The notes beneath the pieces were generated by a model, which was given only the letters and a program-made list of their open reading frames with translations, did no database searches and had not been told where the DNA came from. Positions 53,029 through 64,000 of a DNA stretch of 64,000 nucleotides are shown piece after piece. Where the stretch lies: NCBI GenBank assembly GCA_963727485.1, contig CAVSGM010000002.1, positions 864,001-928,000 of the forward strand, written 5' to 3'. This DNA is from an uncultured delta proteobacterium (GTDB taxonomy: Bacteria > Myxococcota > Myxococcia > SLRQ01). Positions within the stretch are counted from its first letter, which is position 1; each line of letters begins with the position of its first letter. Made by a program: the position numbers and the translations under genes.

Positions 53029-55479
53029 CTAGAGCATGCCCACCGGGTCCACGTCGAGGGCCGCGGTGACCCCCGGCGGAAGCGGCGCGCCCCGGAGGAT
53101 GCCGACCACCCACCCAATCGTCCGGGCGTCGGGCGCCTTGACCAGAAGCTGCCACCGGGTGCGCCCCCGCAGCCGCGAAAGCGGCGCCGGCGCCGGCCCC
53201 AGGACCTCGAGACCGGCGTCGGGGTGCGCCTCGGCGGCGGCCTCGGCCCGGCGCGCCAACGCCTCGGCCCCGGCGGCCACCCGGGTGGGGCTCTGGCCCT
53301 CGATCCGGGCCATGAGCAGGCGGCACGCCGGCGGCCACCACCCCGCCTCGCGCTCGGCGAGGGCCTCGGCCGAGAAGGCGGCGAAGTCCCCGAGGGCCGC
53401 CAGCCGCACCGCCGGGTGCTCCGGCCGCCAGCTCTGGATCAGCACCCGCCCGGGATCCGTCCCCCGCCCCGCCCGGCCGGCCACCTGGGCCAAGAGCTGG
53501 AAGGTGCGCTCGGCGGCGCGGAAGTCCGGGACCAGGAGCCCCAGGTCCGCGGCGACCACCCCCACCAGGGTCACCCCCGGGAAGTCGTGGCCCTTGGCGA
53601 CCATCTGGGTGCCCACCAGCACGTCGTGCCGCCCCAGCGCGAAGTCGGCGAGGATCCGCCCGAGGGCGCCCTTCTTGGCGGTGGTGTCCCGGTCGAGGCG
53701 CGCCACCCGCGCCCCGGGCACCCGGGCCGAGACCTCCGCCTCGACCTTCTGGGTGCCCACCCCCAGCGCCTCGTAGGGCCCGCCGCACTCGGGGCAGGTG
53801 GCAGGCGGCGGGACCTCGTAGCCGCAGTAGTGGCACAGGGCCTTCGCCGGCCGCCGGTGGAGCGTCAGCCCCACCTCGCAGTTGGGGCAGCGCACCGCCC
53901 CGCCGCAGCCGGCGCACACCAGGGTGGGCGCGTGGCCCCGGCGGTTGAGGAAGAGGATCGCCTGGCGCCCGGCGCCCACCGTGTCCTCCAGGGCCGCCAC
54001 CAGGGGATCGGAGAGGACGTAGGGGGCGTGGGTCTCCGGGTGGTGGCCGGGCCGGTCGGCGCGCAGGTCGACCACCTCGACCCGGGGCATGGGCCTCCCG
54101 GCGACCCTTCCCGGGAGCGACAGGTGCCCGTAGCGCCCGGCCCGGGCGTTGGCCACCGACTCCAGGGAGGGCGTCGCCGACCCCAGCACCACCACCGCCG
54201 AGGCGTCGCGCCCCCGCACCAGGGCCAGGTCGCGGGCGTGGTAGCGCAGGCCCTCCTCCTGCTTGAAGGAGCCGTCGTGCTCCTCGTCGACCACCACCAC
54301 CCCCAGGCCCTCGACCGGGGCGAAGATCGCCGAGCGCACCCCCACCGCCACCCGGGCGTCGCCCCGGCGGATGCGCCACCACTCGTCGTGGCGCTCGCCG
54401 TCGGAGAGCCCCGAGTGGAGCACCGCCACGTCGTCGCCGAAGCGCGCCCGGAACCGGCCGACGAGCTGGGGCGTCAGGGCGATCTCCGGGACCAGCACCA
54501 ACGCCCCCTGCCCCCGGTCCCGGGCGGCCTCGATGAGGCGCATGTAGACCTCGGTCTTGCCGCTCCCGGTGACCCCCTCGAGGAGGTAGGGGTGGAACCC
54601 GGTGCCCAGCGCCCCCTCGAGGACCTCGAGGACCTTCGCCTGGGCGGCGGTGGGCTCCGGGCGGGCCCCGGCGTCGAGGGCGACCTCGGCGGGCCCCTCG
54701 GGGAGGCGATCGCGGACCGCGCGGTCCAGGGTGACCAGGCCCTTGGCGGCAAGCCGCCCCACCGCGTCCCGGGCCCCGGGAAACGCCGCCTTCAGCTCGT
54801 CCATGGGCACCCGCCCCCGGGCGGCGAGCCACTGAAGCACCGCCTGCTGGGACGGCGCCCGCCGAAGGGTGGCCACCGCCGCCTCCAGCCCCCCCTCGGG
54901 GAGCGCCGCTTCCACCTGCTCGGTGAACGCCGCCTTCACCCGGGCCCCGCGCACCGCCTCCACCCGGGCCACCCAGCCCCGGGCGATGAGCCGCTCGGCG
55001 AGCCGCGGATCCACCTGGGAGCGCTTGCCCCCGGCCCGGGCCTCGCCCTCGGGCCGCCCGGCGAGCACCGCCAGCAGCTCGCGCTCGGCCACCGGCGTCC
55101 TCGCCTCCTCCAGGGCCGCCCGACCGGCGTCGGTGAGGCGCACCCGGCGCTCGCTGTGGACGTTGATCCCCGGCGGCAGCGCCGTGCGCACCACCTCGCC
55201 GAGCGGGTGCTGGTAGTACCCGGCCACCCAGCGCAACAGCGCCAACAGCGGCGGGGTGAGGATGGGCCCGTCGTCGAGGAGCTCGGCCACCTCCCGCACC
55301 GCGGTGCCCTCCGGCGGCGGCGCGGCGTCGCCGAGGAGGTAGCCGGTGAGCTTGCGCCGGCCGAAGGGCACCAGCACCCGATGCCCCGGCGCCGCCTGCC
55401 CGGCGAGCGACTCGGGGAGCGCGTAGGTGAAGGTGCCGTCGACCGGCACCGCCACCGCGACCTCGACCAGCGGACCCAT
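53029..55479 (-). CDS. priA: Primosomal protein N' (replication restart helicase)
   Basis: GVTGSGKTEVY, LVPEIALTPQ, DEEH, SATPS, two Zn-finger CxxC pairs, GTQMVAKGHDFP, QVAGRAGR. Confidence 0.97.
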   Translation of the reverse strand: MGPLVEVAVAVPVDGTFTYALPESLAGQAAPGHRVLVPFGRRKLTGYLLGDAAPPPEGTAVREVAELLDDGPILTPPLLALLRWVAGYYQHPLGEVVRTALPPGINVHSERRVRLTDAGRAALEEARTPVAERELLAVLAGRPEGEARAGGKRSQVDPRLAERLIARGWVARVEAVRGARVKAAFTEQVEAALPEGGLEAAVATLRRAPSQQAVLQWLAARGRVPMDELKAAFPGARDAVGRLAAKGLVTLDRAVRDRLPEGPAEVALDAGARPEPTAAQAKVLEVLEGALGTGFHPYLLEGVTGSGKTEVYMRLIEAARDRGQGALVLVPEIALTPQLVGRFRARFGDDVAVLHSGLSDGERHDEWWRIRRGDARVAVGVRSAIFAPVEGLGVVVVDEEHDGSFKQEEGLRYHARDLALVRGRDASAVVVLGSATPSLESVANARAGRYGHLSLPGRVAGRPMPRVEVVDLRADRPGHHPETHAPYVLSDPLVAALEDTVGAGRQAILFLNRRGHAPTLVCAGCGGAVRCPNCEVGLTLHRRPAKALCHYCGYEVPPPATCPECGGPYEALGVGTQKVEAEVSARVPGARVARLDRDTTAKKGALGRILADFALGRHDVLVGTQMVAKGHDFPGVTLVGVVAADLGLLVPDFRAAERTFQLLAQVAGRAGRGTDPGRVLIQSWRPEHPAVRLAALGDFAAFSAEALAEREAGWWPPACRLLMARIEGQSPTRVAAGAEALARRAEAAAEAHPDAGLEVLGPAPAPLSRLRGRTRWQLLVKAPDARTIGWVVGILRGAPLPPGVTAALDVDPVGML

Positions 55480-55490
55480 GGCCCGCCAAT

Positions 55491-56207
55491 CTAACGGAAG
55501 CGACTGTCAGTCAGCTTCACGTTCTGGTCGAGGTGCTCGGCGGCGAACTCCAGGCGGAGCGTCCCGTCGAGGTAGAGCTGGAGCTTGCCGGGATGCCACT
55601 CGCCGGTCGCCGGGTCGTCGTACTTGAGCAGGCGCACCTCGGCCACGTGCCCCCCAATCTTCGCCACGATGCGCACCGGGAGGAAGGTCTTGTGGTCGAG
55701 CCAGAGCTGGGGCCGGTCGGTCTCCCAGGGCTTGGCCCCGATCACGTAGGCGGGCCGCCCGTCCTGGCGGGCCAGGGTGGTCTCGCCGGTGTCGACGTGG
55801 AGGGTCCGCAGCAGGCGGCCCACCTCGGCGGTGGCGTGGGTCCGCGCCGAGACCAGGGGGCAGGCGAGCTGCTCCAGGGTCCCCAGGTCGGCCACGGAGG
55901 CGTCGGTCGGCGGGGTGAGCTTGCCCCGGTCGTAGGCGGTGTAGACCCCGGCCAGCGCGTCGTCGTCGCTCACCTCGAGCTCCAGGCGGCACTGCTGGTC
56001 GAAGCGCACCAGGTGGCTCGCCGGCACCACCCGCCGGCCCCCGTCGGCGTCGAGGAGGGTGAGGCTCCCGTCGACCTTGAGGGTGGCGGCGTGGAGACCG
56101 TCCTTGCGCTGGCCGAGGAAATCGAGGAGCGCCGGGGTGGGCAGGACGTAGGCCAGCGCGGGCAGACCCACGGCGGCCACCAGGAGGGCGACGAGGAGGC
56201 GCTTCAT
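55491..56207 (-). CDS. Exported hypothetical protein, LolA/LppX-like fold suspected
   Basis: Signal peptide; QLWLDHKTFLPVR; ATGA-coupled to galU. Confidence 0.65.
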   Translation of the reverse strand: MKRLLVALLVAAVGLPALAYVLPTPALLDFLGQRKDGLHAATLKVDGSLTLLDADGGRRVVPASHLVRFDQQCRLELEVSDDDALAGVYTAYDRGKLTPPTDASVADLGTLEQLACPLVSARTHATAEVGRLLRTLHVDTGETTLARQDGRPAYVIGAKPWETDRPQLWLDHKTFLPVRIVAKIGGHVAEVRLLKYDDPATGEWHPGKLQLYLDGTLRLEFAAEHLDQNVKLTDSRFR

Positions 56208-57085
56208 CGGTGCTGCTCGAGGAGCTCGCGGAGCACCTGGAGCACCGGCTCCCGGAGGCTCTCGCGCTTGAGGGCGTAGTGGAGGTTGGCGCGGATCCAG
56301 CCGACCTTGTCCCCGGCGTCGTGGCGCTCGCCCTCGAAGGCGAGGCCGAGGAGCCCGTCCTCGTCGGCGAGGCGGCGCAGGGCGTCGGTGAGCTGGATCT
56401 CGCCCCCGTGACCGGGCCGGGTGTCCTCGATGAACCCGAAGACCTTCCCGGGGAGGACGTAGCGGCCGATGATGGCGAGGTTGGAAGGTGCGGTGCCGGG
56501 ATCGGGCTTCTCCACCAGCTTCTCGATGGCGAAGGTCCCGTCGTCGAGCTTGTGGCCGGCGACGACGCCGTAGAGGTGCGTCTGATCCTCGGGGACCTCC
56601 ATCAGCGCCAGCACGCCCTTGCCGGTGCGCTGGTGGACGTCGATGAGCTGGCGGGTCACCGGGACCTCGGCGTCGATGACGTCGTCGCCGAGGAGCACCG
56701 CGAACGGCTCGTCCTCGCCCACCGGCCCCCGGCCGCAGAGCACCGCGTGGCCCAGGCCCAGCGGCTCCTTCTGGCGCACCGAGATCAGGTTCACCATCCG
56801 GCTGATGGCGTTCACCTCGGCGAGGAGCTCCTTCTTGCCCCGGCGGCGGAGCACGTCCTCGAGCTCGTAGGCGATGTCGAAGTGATCCTCGATGGCGTTC
56901 TTGCCCCGGCCGTTGACCAGGATCACCTGGTCGATGCCGGCGTCCACCGCCTCACCCACGATGTACTGCAGGGTGGGGGTGTCCACGATCGGCAGCAGCT
57001 CCTTGGGCACCGCCTTGGTCGCGGGCAGGAAGCGGGTGCCGAGCCCTGCTGCGGGGATCACCGCCTTGCGGACGGCCTGCGCCAT
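56204..57085 (-). CDS. galU: UTP-glucose-1-phosphate uridylyltransferase
   Basis: KAVIPAAGLGTRFLPATKAVPKE, QKEPLGLGHA, VEKP, GEIQLTDA. Confidence 0.96.
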   Translation of the reverse strand: MAQAVRKAVIPAAGLGTRFLPATKAVPKELLPIVDTPTLQYIVGEAVDAGIDQVILVNGRGKNAIEDHFDIAYELEDVLRRRGKKELLAEVNAISRMVNLISVRQKEPLGLGHAVLCGRGPVGEDEPFAVLLGDDVIDAEVPVTRQLIDVHQRTGKGVLALMEVPEDQTHLYGVVAGHKLDDGTFAIEKLVEKPDPGTAPSNLAIIGRYVLPGKVFGFIEDTRPGHGGEIQLTDALRRLADEDGLLGLAFEGERHDAGDKVGWIRANLHYALKRESLREPVLQVLRELLEQHR

Positions 57086-57150
57086 CGTCGAACCTCCTCT
57101 CCCGGGGTCGGCGGATGCTAACAGTGGACCAGGAGGGGAACAAGCCAGCC

Positions 57151-59382
57151 ATGGAGCGCCACCTGCCGCATCCGCGCCTCGCCGCCGCCGCCGTCCTCGT
57201 CTGCGCCGCCCTCGTCGCCGGGCCCGCCCACGCCGACGCCCCCGCCGGCGCCGGGACCCAGGCCGACGAGGGGGCCACGGCGGTCACCCCGGGCCCCTGG
57301 CACATCAAGCACCCGCCCAAGGAGAAGCCCGAGGGGCCGCGCCCCGCCCCGGCGAAGCGAGAGGTGCGCACCCTCAAGTACCCCCCGCCCCCGGCCCCCC
57401 CGCCGCCGTGGATGGACCTCGACGACGTGACCACCACCGGCCCCGGGGGCGCCCAGCTGGTCTTCGACGCCCCCCGGTCGATCTCGGTGGTCAGCGGCCG
57501 GGACATGGCCGAGCGCGCCGTCCCCTCCACCCCCGACGCCGTCGCCGACGTCCCCGGGGTCTGGGTGCAGAAGCCCTACTTCGGCAGCGGCGACGCCTTC
57601 ATCCGCGGCCTCGGGGGCCGGCGGGTGCTGGTGCTGGAGGACGGCCTGCGCCTCGACGACGCCGCCCGAAAGGCCGCCCCCGACGACGTGCTCAACCTCG
57701 TGGACGTCTTCTCCCTGAAGCGGGTGGAGGTCCTCCGGGGCCCGGCGACGGTCCTCTACGGCGAGGGGGCCCTCGGCGGGGTGGTGAACCTGGTCCCCCT
57801 GACCCCGGCGCCCGGGCCAAACAAGCTCCGGGGCCGGGCGGTGGTCCAGGTGCGGTCCCAGACCTGGGAGAAGGGCCTCCACGCCGCCGGCGAGGCCGAC
57901 GCGCCCTACGGGGCGGTGCGGGTCGGGGCCTCGTACAACGGCTTCGACGACCTCGAGTCCCCGGTGACCTTCGTGAAGTTCTCGGGCTACCAGCGCGGGG
58001 ACTTCCTCGCCCAGGGGGTGCTCCGCCTCGGCGAGGGGCGGCTGACCGCCGGGTGGTCCGGGAGCCGGCAGTTCTCCGTCCCCCACACCGACCGCTGCAA
58101 GGTCTACCCGTACTACGTCTGCACCGTGGCCCCCCAGGTGTTCCGGGACCTCTACCACCTCGGCTACCAGGGGCGCCTCGGCGCCAACGTCCGCCTCTCG
58201 GCCACCGCCTACCTCAAGGCCCGGCACCAGACCGAGGAGCTCACCCGGGACGACCTCTTCCTCCGGCGCCTCGACACCCTCGACGTCCTCGCCCCCGGGG
58301 CCCGGATCGCCCTGCACGCGACGCCCCTGCGAGGCCTCCACCTCACCGCGGGCCTCGACGCCGAGACCGACCGCATCGACGACGCCACCACCCTGGAGAA
58401 GGCGGGGATCGCCGGGCTGCCCCCCCAGCGGCCGCGCCTGCCCCCGGGCAGCCACCAGGAGCGCGCCGCCGTCTACGCCCTCGGTCGCTACCAGGTGGGC
58501 GCCGTCTCCCTCTTCGCCGGGGGCCGGCTGCTCTCGGTGAGCGACAGCGCCCCGGCCCTCGGCGGCTTCCAGGCGGTCTCGCGCACCGACACCGGGGCGG
58601 TGGGCACCGCCGGCGTCCGGGCGAAGGTCGGCGGGGTGCTCCAGCTCGTCGCCGACGTGGGCCAGGGCCTGCGGACCCCGAACCTCGACGACCTGGCGGG
58701 CTTCGGCTCGCAGACCGCCGGCTTCCACGTCCCCGCCCCGGGCCTCAAGCCCGAGCGGAGCACCACCGTCGAGGCGGGGGTCAAGCTCTTCGGCCGGAGG
58801 GTCCAGGTCCAGATCTTCGGCTACCAGACCGAGCTCCACGACGCCATCGTCACCGTCCCCGCCACCTTCGGCGGCGACGCCACCCTCGAGGGCCTCCCGG
58901 TCCTCACCCTCGCCAACACCCCCCACGCCCGCCTCTACGGCGCCGAGCTCGACGCGGCCCTGGTCCTCGTCGACGGCCTCTCGGTGGGCCTCGGCGGGGC
59001 CTTCACCGTCGGCGACGATCTCTCCCGGGGCGTGCCCTTCCCCCGGATGCCGCCGGCCTCCGGGCGCCTGCGGGTGCGCTACTCCGACCGGGACCACGTC
59101 TTCTACAGCGAGCTGGCGCTGGTGGCCGCCGAGGCCCAGACCCGCCTCGCCCCCGAGGACCGCCTCGACCCGCGGATTCGCGATCCCCGGGCGTTGGGCC
59201 CCTGCACCGGCACCCCCGGCTACCTCACCGTGGGGATCCGCGCCGGGGTGAGGCTCTCCCGGGCGGCGACCCTCTCGATCCACCTGGAGAACCTGGTGAA
59301 CGCCCACTACCGGGTCCACGGCAGCGGCCTCGACGCCCCGGCGATGGGGGCCGGGGTGCGGGTCACGGTGACCAGCTTCTAG
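57151..59382 (+). CDS. TonB-dependent receptor
   Basis: Signal peptide; plug PRSISVV, VPGV, FIRG, RVEVLRGP...YG..ALGGVVN; LKPE, ENL.N; C-terminal F. Confidence 0.9.
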   Translation: MERHLPHPRLAAAAVLVCAALVAGPAHADAPAGAGTQADEGATAVTPGPWHIKHPPKEKPEGPRPAPAKREVRTLKYPPPPAPPPPWMDLDDVTTTGPGGAQLVFDAPRSISVVSGRDMAERAVPSTPDAVADVPGVWVQKPYFGSGDAFIRGLGGRRVLVLEDGLRLDDAARKAAPDDVLNLVDVFSLKRVEVLRGPATVLYGEGALGGVVNLVPLTPAPGPNKLRGRAVVQVRSQTWEKGLHAAGEADAPYGAVRVGASYNGFDDLESPVTFVKFSGYQRGDFLAQGVLRLGEGRLTAGWSGSRQFSVPHTDRCKVYPYYVCTVAPQVFRDLYHLGYQGRLGANVRLSATAYLKARHQTEELTRDDLFLRRLDTLDVLAPGARIALHATPLRGLHLTAGLDAETDRIDDATTLEKAGIAGLPPQRPRLPPGSHQERAAVYALGRYQVGAVSLFAGGRLLSVSDSAPALGGFQAVSRTDTGAVGTAGVRAKVGGVLQLVADVGQGLRTPNLDDLAGFGSQTAGFHVPAPGLKPERSTTVEAGVKLFGRRVQVQIFGYQTELHDAIVTVPATFGGDATLEGLPVLTLANTPHARLYGAELDAALVLVDGLSVGLGGAFTVGDDLSRGVPFPRMPPASGRLRVRYSDRDHVFYSELALVAAEAQTRLAPEDRLDPRIRDPRALGPCTGTPGYLTVGIRAGVRLSRAATLSIHLENLVNAHYRVHGSGLDAPAMGAGVRVTVTSF

Positions 59383-59425
59383 CCCGGGCGCGCGGTCAGG
59401 GCCTCCGGGCGGGCGGCGGCGCGGG

Positions 59426-59788
59426 TCAGAGCCGCCGGCGCACCTCCGACCGCTCCGCCTCCTCCTTGCACGCGATGCACAGGGTGGTCACCGGGCGGGC
59501 CTTGAGCCGCGCCTCGGAGATGTCCTCGCCGCACTCGCTGCAGGTGCCGAAGGTGCCCTCGTCGAGGCGCTGGAGGGCGTCCTCGATCTTGGCGATGAGC
59601 TTCCGGTCCCGATCCCGGAGGCGGAGGGTGAAGTTGCGGTCGGTCTCGTGGCTCGCCCGGTCGGTGGGATCCGCGTGGACCGCCCGCTCGTGGGTCATGC
59701 CGCTGGCGGTCTCCACCGAGGCGTCGACCAGCACCGCGAGGCGCTCGTTGAGCAGGTTCTTGTACCGGCTTCTCTGTCGCTTGTTCAT
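59426..59788 (-). CDS. dksA: RNA polymerase-binding protein DksA (TraR/DksA C4 zinc finger)
   Basis: DPTDRA motif; CSEC...RLKARP...CIAC. Confidence 0.9.
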   Translation of the reverse strand: MNKRQRSRYKNLLNERLAVLVDASVETASGMTHERAVHADPTDRASHETDRNFTLRLRDRDRKLIAKIEDALQRLDEGTFGTCSECGEDISEARLKARPVTTLCIACKEEAERSEVRRRL

Positions 59789-59957
59789 TGGACCTCAAGT
59801 CCCCATCACCGCGGGTCCGGCGGCGCCCGAGTCCTGCCGCCATCGGGCCAAGAGGGCCCGACGATCGAAGATGTTAGCGACCCGGATCGAGGGGTTCAAG
59901 CGCCCCGTGCCGGGCATGACCGGGCAACGGGCAGCTGTGCTATCGTCCGCCGCCACC

Positions 59958-60824
59958 ATGGTGCGCGCCCGACAGCGGCTCCCGGCGATCGGGGCGATCC
60001 TCCTGGCGGCCGGCCTCGCCCTCGCCCCCACCGGCGCCCGGGCCCAGACCATCCTCGGCCCCCGGGCCGCGGGCATGGGCGACGCCGCCCGGGCGGTGGG
60101 CACCAGCAACGACACCCTCTTCGTGAACCCGGCGGGGATGAGCCTCTTCCCCCGCTACGAGCTCTCCGCCTTCTGGCGCCGGGACACCGGCGCCGACGGG
60201 AACCTCTGGTCGCTCTCGGTGGTCGACTCCAAGAGCGGCCGGGTCGCCGGCGGCATGGCCTACACCTACGAGTACTACGGCCACGGGGGGAAGACCCGGG
60301 TGGGCAGCCGCCTGGACATCGCCTCGAGCTACCCCCTGGCGAGCTTCCTCCTCTTCGGGGTGACCGTCCGCTACCTCAACGTCGCCACCGCCGACGGGCC
60401 CCTGAACCGGGTCACCGGGGACACCGGGTTCCTGGTGGTGCCCACCAGCTGGCTCTACATCGGGATCACCGCCCACAACGTGATCAGCCCGGCGAACCAG
60501 GGGCAGACCGCGCCCCGGACCTTCGGGGGTGGGGTGGGGCTGGCCCTCTTCCAGCGCTCCCTCACCCTCGCCTTCGACTACCAGCAGTCCACCGAGCTTC
60601 CGGGCAACCCCTCCAGCTACAACCTGGGCCTCGAGTACTTCTTCGGCGGCGCCTTCATCGTCCGGGCGGGCTACGTCTTCGACGGCTTCGCCCACAACCG
60701 GCGGTGGAGCGCCGGCCTCGGCTACGTGAACCCCCAGTTCGGCTTGGACTTCGCCTACGGCCATACCGCCGGGTACCACCACGTCAGCCAGGTGTGGTCG
60801 CTGGGGCTCCGGCTCTTCTTCTGA
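59958..60824 (+). CDS. Outer-membrane beta-barrel, FadL/PorV-like N-terminus
   Basis: Signal peptide; GPRAAGMGDA...LFVNPAGM; amphipathic strands; C-terminal LRLFF. Confidence 0.7.
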   Translation: MVRARQRLPAIGAILLAAGLALAPTGARAQTILGPRAAGMGDAARAVGTSNDTLFVNPAGMSLFPRYELSAFWRRDTGADGNLWSLSVVDSKSGRVAGGMAYTYEYYGHGGKTRVGSRLDIASSYPLASFLLFGVTVRYLNVATADGPLNRVTGDTGFLVVPTSWLYIGITAHNVISPANQGQTAPRTFGGGVGLALFQRSLTLAFDYQQSTELPGNPSSYNLGLEYFFGGAFIVRAGYVFDGFAHNRRWSAGLGYVNPQFGLDFAYGHTAGYHHVSQVWSLGLRLFF

Positions 60825-60825
60825 A

Positions 60826-60854
60826 TTGAAGTCGGTGCGCCCGGTGGCTATACT
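60826..60854 (+). promoter_or_regulatory. Sigma70-type promoter of kdsB-pyrG-kdsA
   Basis: TTGAAG-N17-TATACT. Confidence 0.65.
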
Positions 60855-60884
60855 CCGCGCCCGGATGCACCTCCGGGCCCGCTG

Positions 60885-61622
60885 GTGAGCGTCGTCGTCA
60901 TCATTCCCGCGCGTTACGACTCGACCCGCCTGCCCGGAAAGCCCCTGGCGCTGATTGATGGGAGGCCGATGATCCGGCACGTGTACGACCGGGCGGCCCA
61001 GGCCCCGGACGTCGCCGAGGTGGTGGTCGCCACCGACGACGAGCGGATCGCTGCCTCCGTCCGGGGCTTCGGGGGCCGGGCGGTGATGACCTCCCCGGCC
61101 CACGCCAGCGGCACCGATCGGGTCGCCGAGGCCGCCCGGCAGCTCGCCTTCGAGGGCCTCGCCTTCGACCGGGTGGTCAACGTCCAGGGGGACGAGCCCT
61201 TCCTCGATCCCGGCGCCGTCGCCGAGTGCGCCGCCCGCCTCGCCCCGTCGGCCGGCGGCGGCCTCGCCCCGATGTCCACCCTCGCCCGCCCCCTCGAGCC
61301 AGGCGAGCTCGAGGACCCGGCGGTGGTCAAGGTGGTCTGTCGCCTCGACGGCACCGCGCTCCTCTTCTCCCGGGCCCCGGTGGGCCGGCAGCGCGACGCC
61401 GGCGGCGCCGCCGCCCGGGCCCACGTGGGGATCTACGGCTACACCGCAGGCTTCCTCCAGGCCTTCGCGAAGCTCTCACCCACCCCCCTCGAGCAGGCCG
61501 AGCGCCTCGAGCAGCTCCGCGCCCTCGAGCACGGCCACCCCATCGCCGTCGCCGACACCCGTTACCGCGCCCGCGGCATCGACACCCCTGAAGACCTCGC
61601 GCGGGCCAACGCCCGCACCTGA
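60885..61622 (+). CDS. kdsB: 3-deoxy-manno-octulosonate cytidylyltransferase
   Basis: [40 protein letters not shown]. Confidence 0.95.
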   Translation: MSVVVIIPARYDSTRLPGKPLALIDGRPMIRHVYDRAAQAPDVAEVVVATDDERIAASVRGFGGRAVMTSPAHASGTDRVAEAARQLAFEGLAFDRVVNVQGDEPFLDPGAVAECAARLAPSAGGGLAPMSTLARPLEPGELEDPAVVKVVCRLDGTALLFSRAPVGRQRDAGGAAARAHVGIYGYTAGFLQAFAKLSPTPLEQAERLEQLRALEHGHPIAVADTRYRARGIDTPEDLARANART

Positions 61623-61643
61623 ACCACCGGAGACCGCCCGGAC

Positions 61644-63319
<1,676 letters not shown>

Positions 63320-63323
<4 letters not shown>

Positions 63324-64000
63324 GCGCCCCTCTCGCCTACCCCGAGGCCGGCCCCCGGGTCGACCTCGGGCCCTTCGTGTGCGGGGCCGGGCAGCCGCTG
63401 ACCCTCATCGCCGGGCCCTGCGTCATCGAGGGGCGCGAGCTCACCCTGCGCGTCGCCCGGGAGGTCAGCCGCCTCGCCGAGCGCCACCGGGTCAACCTCG
63501 TGTTCAAGGCGAGCTTCGACAAGGCCAACCGCACCAGCGCCCAGAGCTACCGGGGCGGGGGGATGGACGAGGGCCTGGCGGTGCTGGCCGAGGTGAAGCG
63601 GGAGACCGGCCGCCCGGTCCTCACCGACGTCCACCTCCCGGACCAGGCGGCCCCGGTGGCCGAGGTCGCCGACGTCCTGCAGATCCCCGCGTTCCTCTGC
63701 CGCCAGACCGACCTCCTCCAGGCCGCCGCCGCCACCGGGAGGCCGGTGAACGTGAAGAAGGGCCAGTTCCTGGCGCCGGAGGACATGGCCCACGTCCTGG
63801 GCAAGCTGCGCGCCGCCGGGGGCGAGCGGGTGCTCCTCACCGAGCGGGGCACCAGCTTCGGCTACCACGACCTGGTGGTCGACATGCGGGGGCTGCTGAC
63901 GCTCCGGGCGCTCGGGGTCCCGGTGTGCTTCGACGCGACCCACTCGGTGCAGCGGCCCTCGGCGGCGGACGGGACCAGCGGCGGAGACCGGACGCTGGCC
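63320..64000 (+). CDS. kdsA: 3-deoxy-8-phosphooctulonate synthase (runs off the window edge)
   Basis: Manual translation: [59 protein letters not shown] overlap with pyrG. Confidence 0.95.

Overview
Very GC-rich bacterial chromosomal segment. Gene content and the MreB, PilZ, Cys-rich and Ser/Thr kinase repertoire point to Myxococcota or a related deltaproteobacterium (inference). It carries housekeeping genes (glnA partial, glnB, mreB, queC, pckA, ltaE, def, priA, galU, dksA, kdsB-pyrG-kdsA) and two sigma54 enhancer-binding proteins. Six intergenic sigma54 (-24/-12) promoters are visible, and five have a shared IHF-like 13-mer nearby. A cobalamin riboswitch heads a BtuB/BtuF/BtuC/BtuD uptake operon that also contains two paralogous beta-propeller-like lipoproteins, an extra lipoprotein and a downstream TonB-like protein. 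Other modules are a sigma54-driven small-protein/comEA pair, an Rrf2/NnrS/Ric nitrosative-stress operon with an AT-rich palindromic operator, and proteins with large tandem repeats or degenerate active sites. About 13 single-base frameshifts interrupt otherwise intact genes and are most likely long-read assembly errors; five or six of them can be explained as insertions inside GATC. No rRNA, tRNA, CRISPR array or mobile element was recognised. All product calls come from motif recognition by eye, not database searches.
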